From: Azolla caroliniana
Taxonomy: Eukaryota > Plantae > Polypodiophyta
Length of the DNA stretch: 64,000 nt
Direction: 5' to 3'
Assembly: GCA_043228905.1 (NCBI GenBank)
Contig: JBHGNT010000018.1
Location: 13,516,001 to 13,580,000, forward strand
Shown: piece after piece, positions 62,104-64,000 of the stretch
How positions within the stretch are numbered: the first letter of the stretch is position 1
How the letters are laid out: each line of letters begins with the position of its first letter
Notes under the pieces: generated by a model
Databases searched by the model: none
What the model saw: only the letters and a program-made list of their open reading frames with translations
What the model was told of the DNA's origin: nothing
Translations under genes and position numbers: made by a program

Positions 62104-64000
62104 GTTCTCTAATCTTGAGGAGTCAGAGTAGCTAAGGTTCGTCGAGATCAGCGATGACACCTCTCACCCCATCAAGCACATTGGCAATATCCCTCTGAGC
62201 TATGTCGGCTAGAAAGGAATAATGTGCAATGTCCTGCATGTGTTGACTATCACCAAGAATTTGTTGTCAGTCGAACAAATAGTCGACCAAGGAATGCAAG
62301 TGTGCTTCAATCACCATGGTTGCTTCATCTAAGATGAAGGCCAAATCATTGTGCAAGAGCGCAAATATGGAAATATGTTTAGCCTCGACACAAATGATGT
62401 CAACACCACTATGTTCACGAAAGGAAAGAAGGTTGAATCGGATATCGACCTGTGGCACAAGTTGATTGGCCACATCACTCTCTCGAGGCTTCAGGAAATG
62501 TAGGCGAAACATACAGTATTCGGCTTGTCGAAATTTAGTGGTCGGAAGGACCAACTATGTCAATCCTGCCAACTACGGAAGCAACATCGGCTTTCATTCC
62601 CTAACAAGTGCAATCAGAGCCATAACAAGCTCAATTTAATCCATTTGGATGTGTGGGGATCAACACAAAATGTAAGCATTGGCAGGAGCCAATACTTCGT
62701 CTCCTTCATCGACGACTACACACGACATTGTTAGGTCTACCTGATAGAGAAGAAAAGCAAGGTCTTCTCTTATTTCCAGAACCTGAAGAGCTTGATTAAA
62801 AAGGAGACAGAGAGAAATATTTTTCTGGCCAATTCAATTGTTATCGGCAAAAGAAGGGAATTCAAGAGGAATTCTCTTGTAGATACATGCCGGAGCAAAA
62901 TGGCGTGGCCGAACAAAAGAACCGGAAAATTGTAGAAGCAGCTACAGTAATGCTCAAGCAGAAGCGCATGCCGAATTTTTACTAGGCCGAAGCAATCAAA
63001 ACAGTCGTGTACCTTTAGAATCCGATATTTGCAACTGGAGTGAAAGTGTCGCCACATGAGTTGTATTTCGGGCACAAGCCGAATTTGGCGCACCTAAGGG
63101 TGTTCGGCAACATTGCGTATGTGCAGGTGCCAGATGAGAAGCGTAAGAAGTTAGATGCTAAAGCCGAGAAATCTATTTAAGTCGGCCACTTGCATGAACA
63201 AAAGGGTTATAAGCGTTATAACCCCCACACTAAACAAGTGTGAGTCAACCAAGATGTCGTGTTTGACGAGTCGGTTTCTTGGTACTCACTTCCGACAAAT
63301 TCGACCCCTGTAAACTCCATACTGAATTCTGAAGATGAGGCTAGTGAGGTCGGCATGATTGAGGAAGAAATCGAAAATTAGTAGGAGAGTCCAATTTCAT
63401 TTCAATTGAGTGAGCTGAAACGACCAATCATTTGAGCAGTCGGCGAGCAAAGAGGACTTAGTCGTGCAATCCCCCAAGAAGAAGCCCAAGAGGAGGCTAT
63501 CTTGGAGAGAGAAGGGGAAGAAGAAGATTCCGGAGTATGGCAGTAAAGAGGGCACATCGGATTGGAGTAAATTCGACAAAGACATGAGCGGTGATGGAGA
63601 ACCTCAAGAATTGAGGTTGGATTCAACTAAAAGGGCCTTGAAATCGGCAAATGAGAAGTTGCACGATCAACTCGCCACAAGAACCCCGTGACACGATACA
63701 GGTACAACAAGTACATGACACATCACTATGCGTACATGACAAAAGTGGCAGAGGTCCGCGAGTTGGAGAGCTACATGGAGGCATCACAATATGCCAAGTG
63801 GAAATCGGCAATGGAGGAAGAGATGTGAGCTTTAGCCAAAAACGAGATGTGGGACCTCATTGACCCTGCAAAGGATTGCAAGCCAATCAGATGTAAGTGG
63901 GTGTATAAACTGAAATACAATGCCAACGACACAGTGAACAGGTATAAGGCCCGATTGGAAGCCAAGGGCTATGCTCAGACACACGGGATCGACTACGACG
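62104..64000 (+). pseudogene. Family-D copia pol fragment (PR end, IN, RT start), decayed, runs off the window
   Basis: LWHKLIGH, CQSCQLRKQHRL, FIDDYTRH and KARLEAKGYAQTHGIDYD. Confidence 0.9.

Overview
This window is eukaryotic, plant-type, transposon-saturated DNA with no recognisable intact host gene. The retroelement families resemble those of seedless land plants (moss, lycophyte or fern), which is an inference. It is a nest of mostly decayed Ty1/copia and Ty3/gypsy LTR retrotransposons, solo LTRs and a LINE 5' fragment. The standout is an 11,248-bp DNA transposon at 40805-52052. It has 25-bp TIRs starting GGG, a 4-bp ATTT target duplication confirmed by empty-site copies at ~31311 and ~31565, and a Sola2-type DDD transposase on the - strand. 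It also carries a convergent multi-exon accessory gene with a RING-H2-like finger and an FCP1/NIF-like phosphatase domain, plus three kinds of repeat array confined to non-coding segments: the TAGCTAATTAGCTA palindrome, telobox-like units and an 83-bp satellite. The palindrome also occurs in the copia LTR family the element inserted into, which is reminiscent of a VANDAL/VANC-like accessory protein plus target-array system (hypothesis). An Athila/Tat-like gypsy family has a conserved extra 3' ORF and a conserved non-purine motif in place of a PPT. Coordinates were read by eye and may be off by a few bases.
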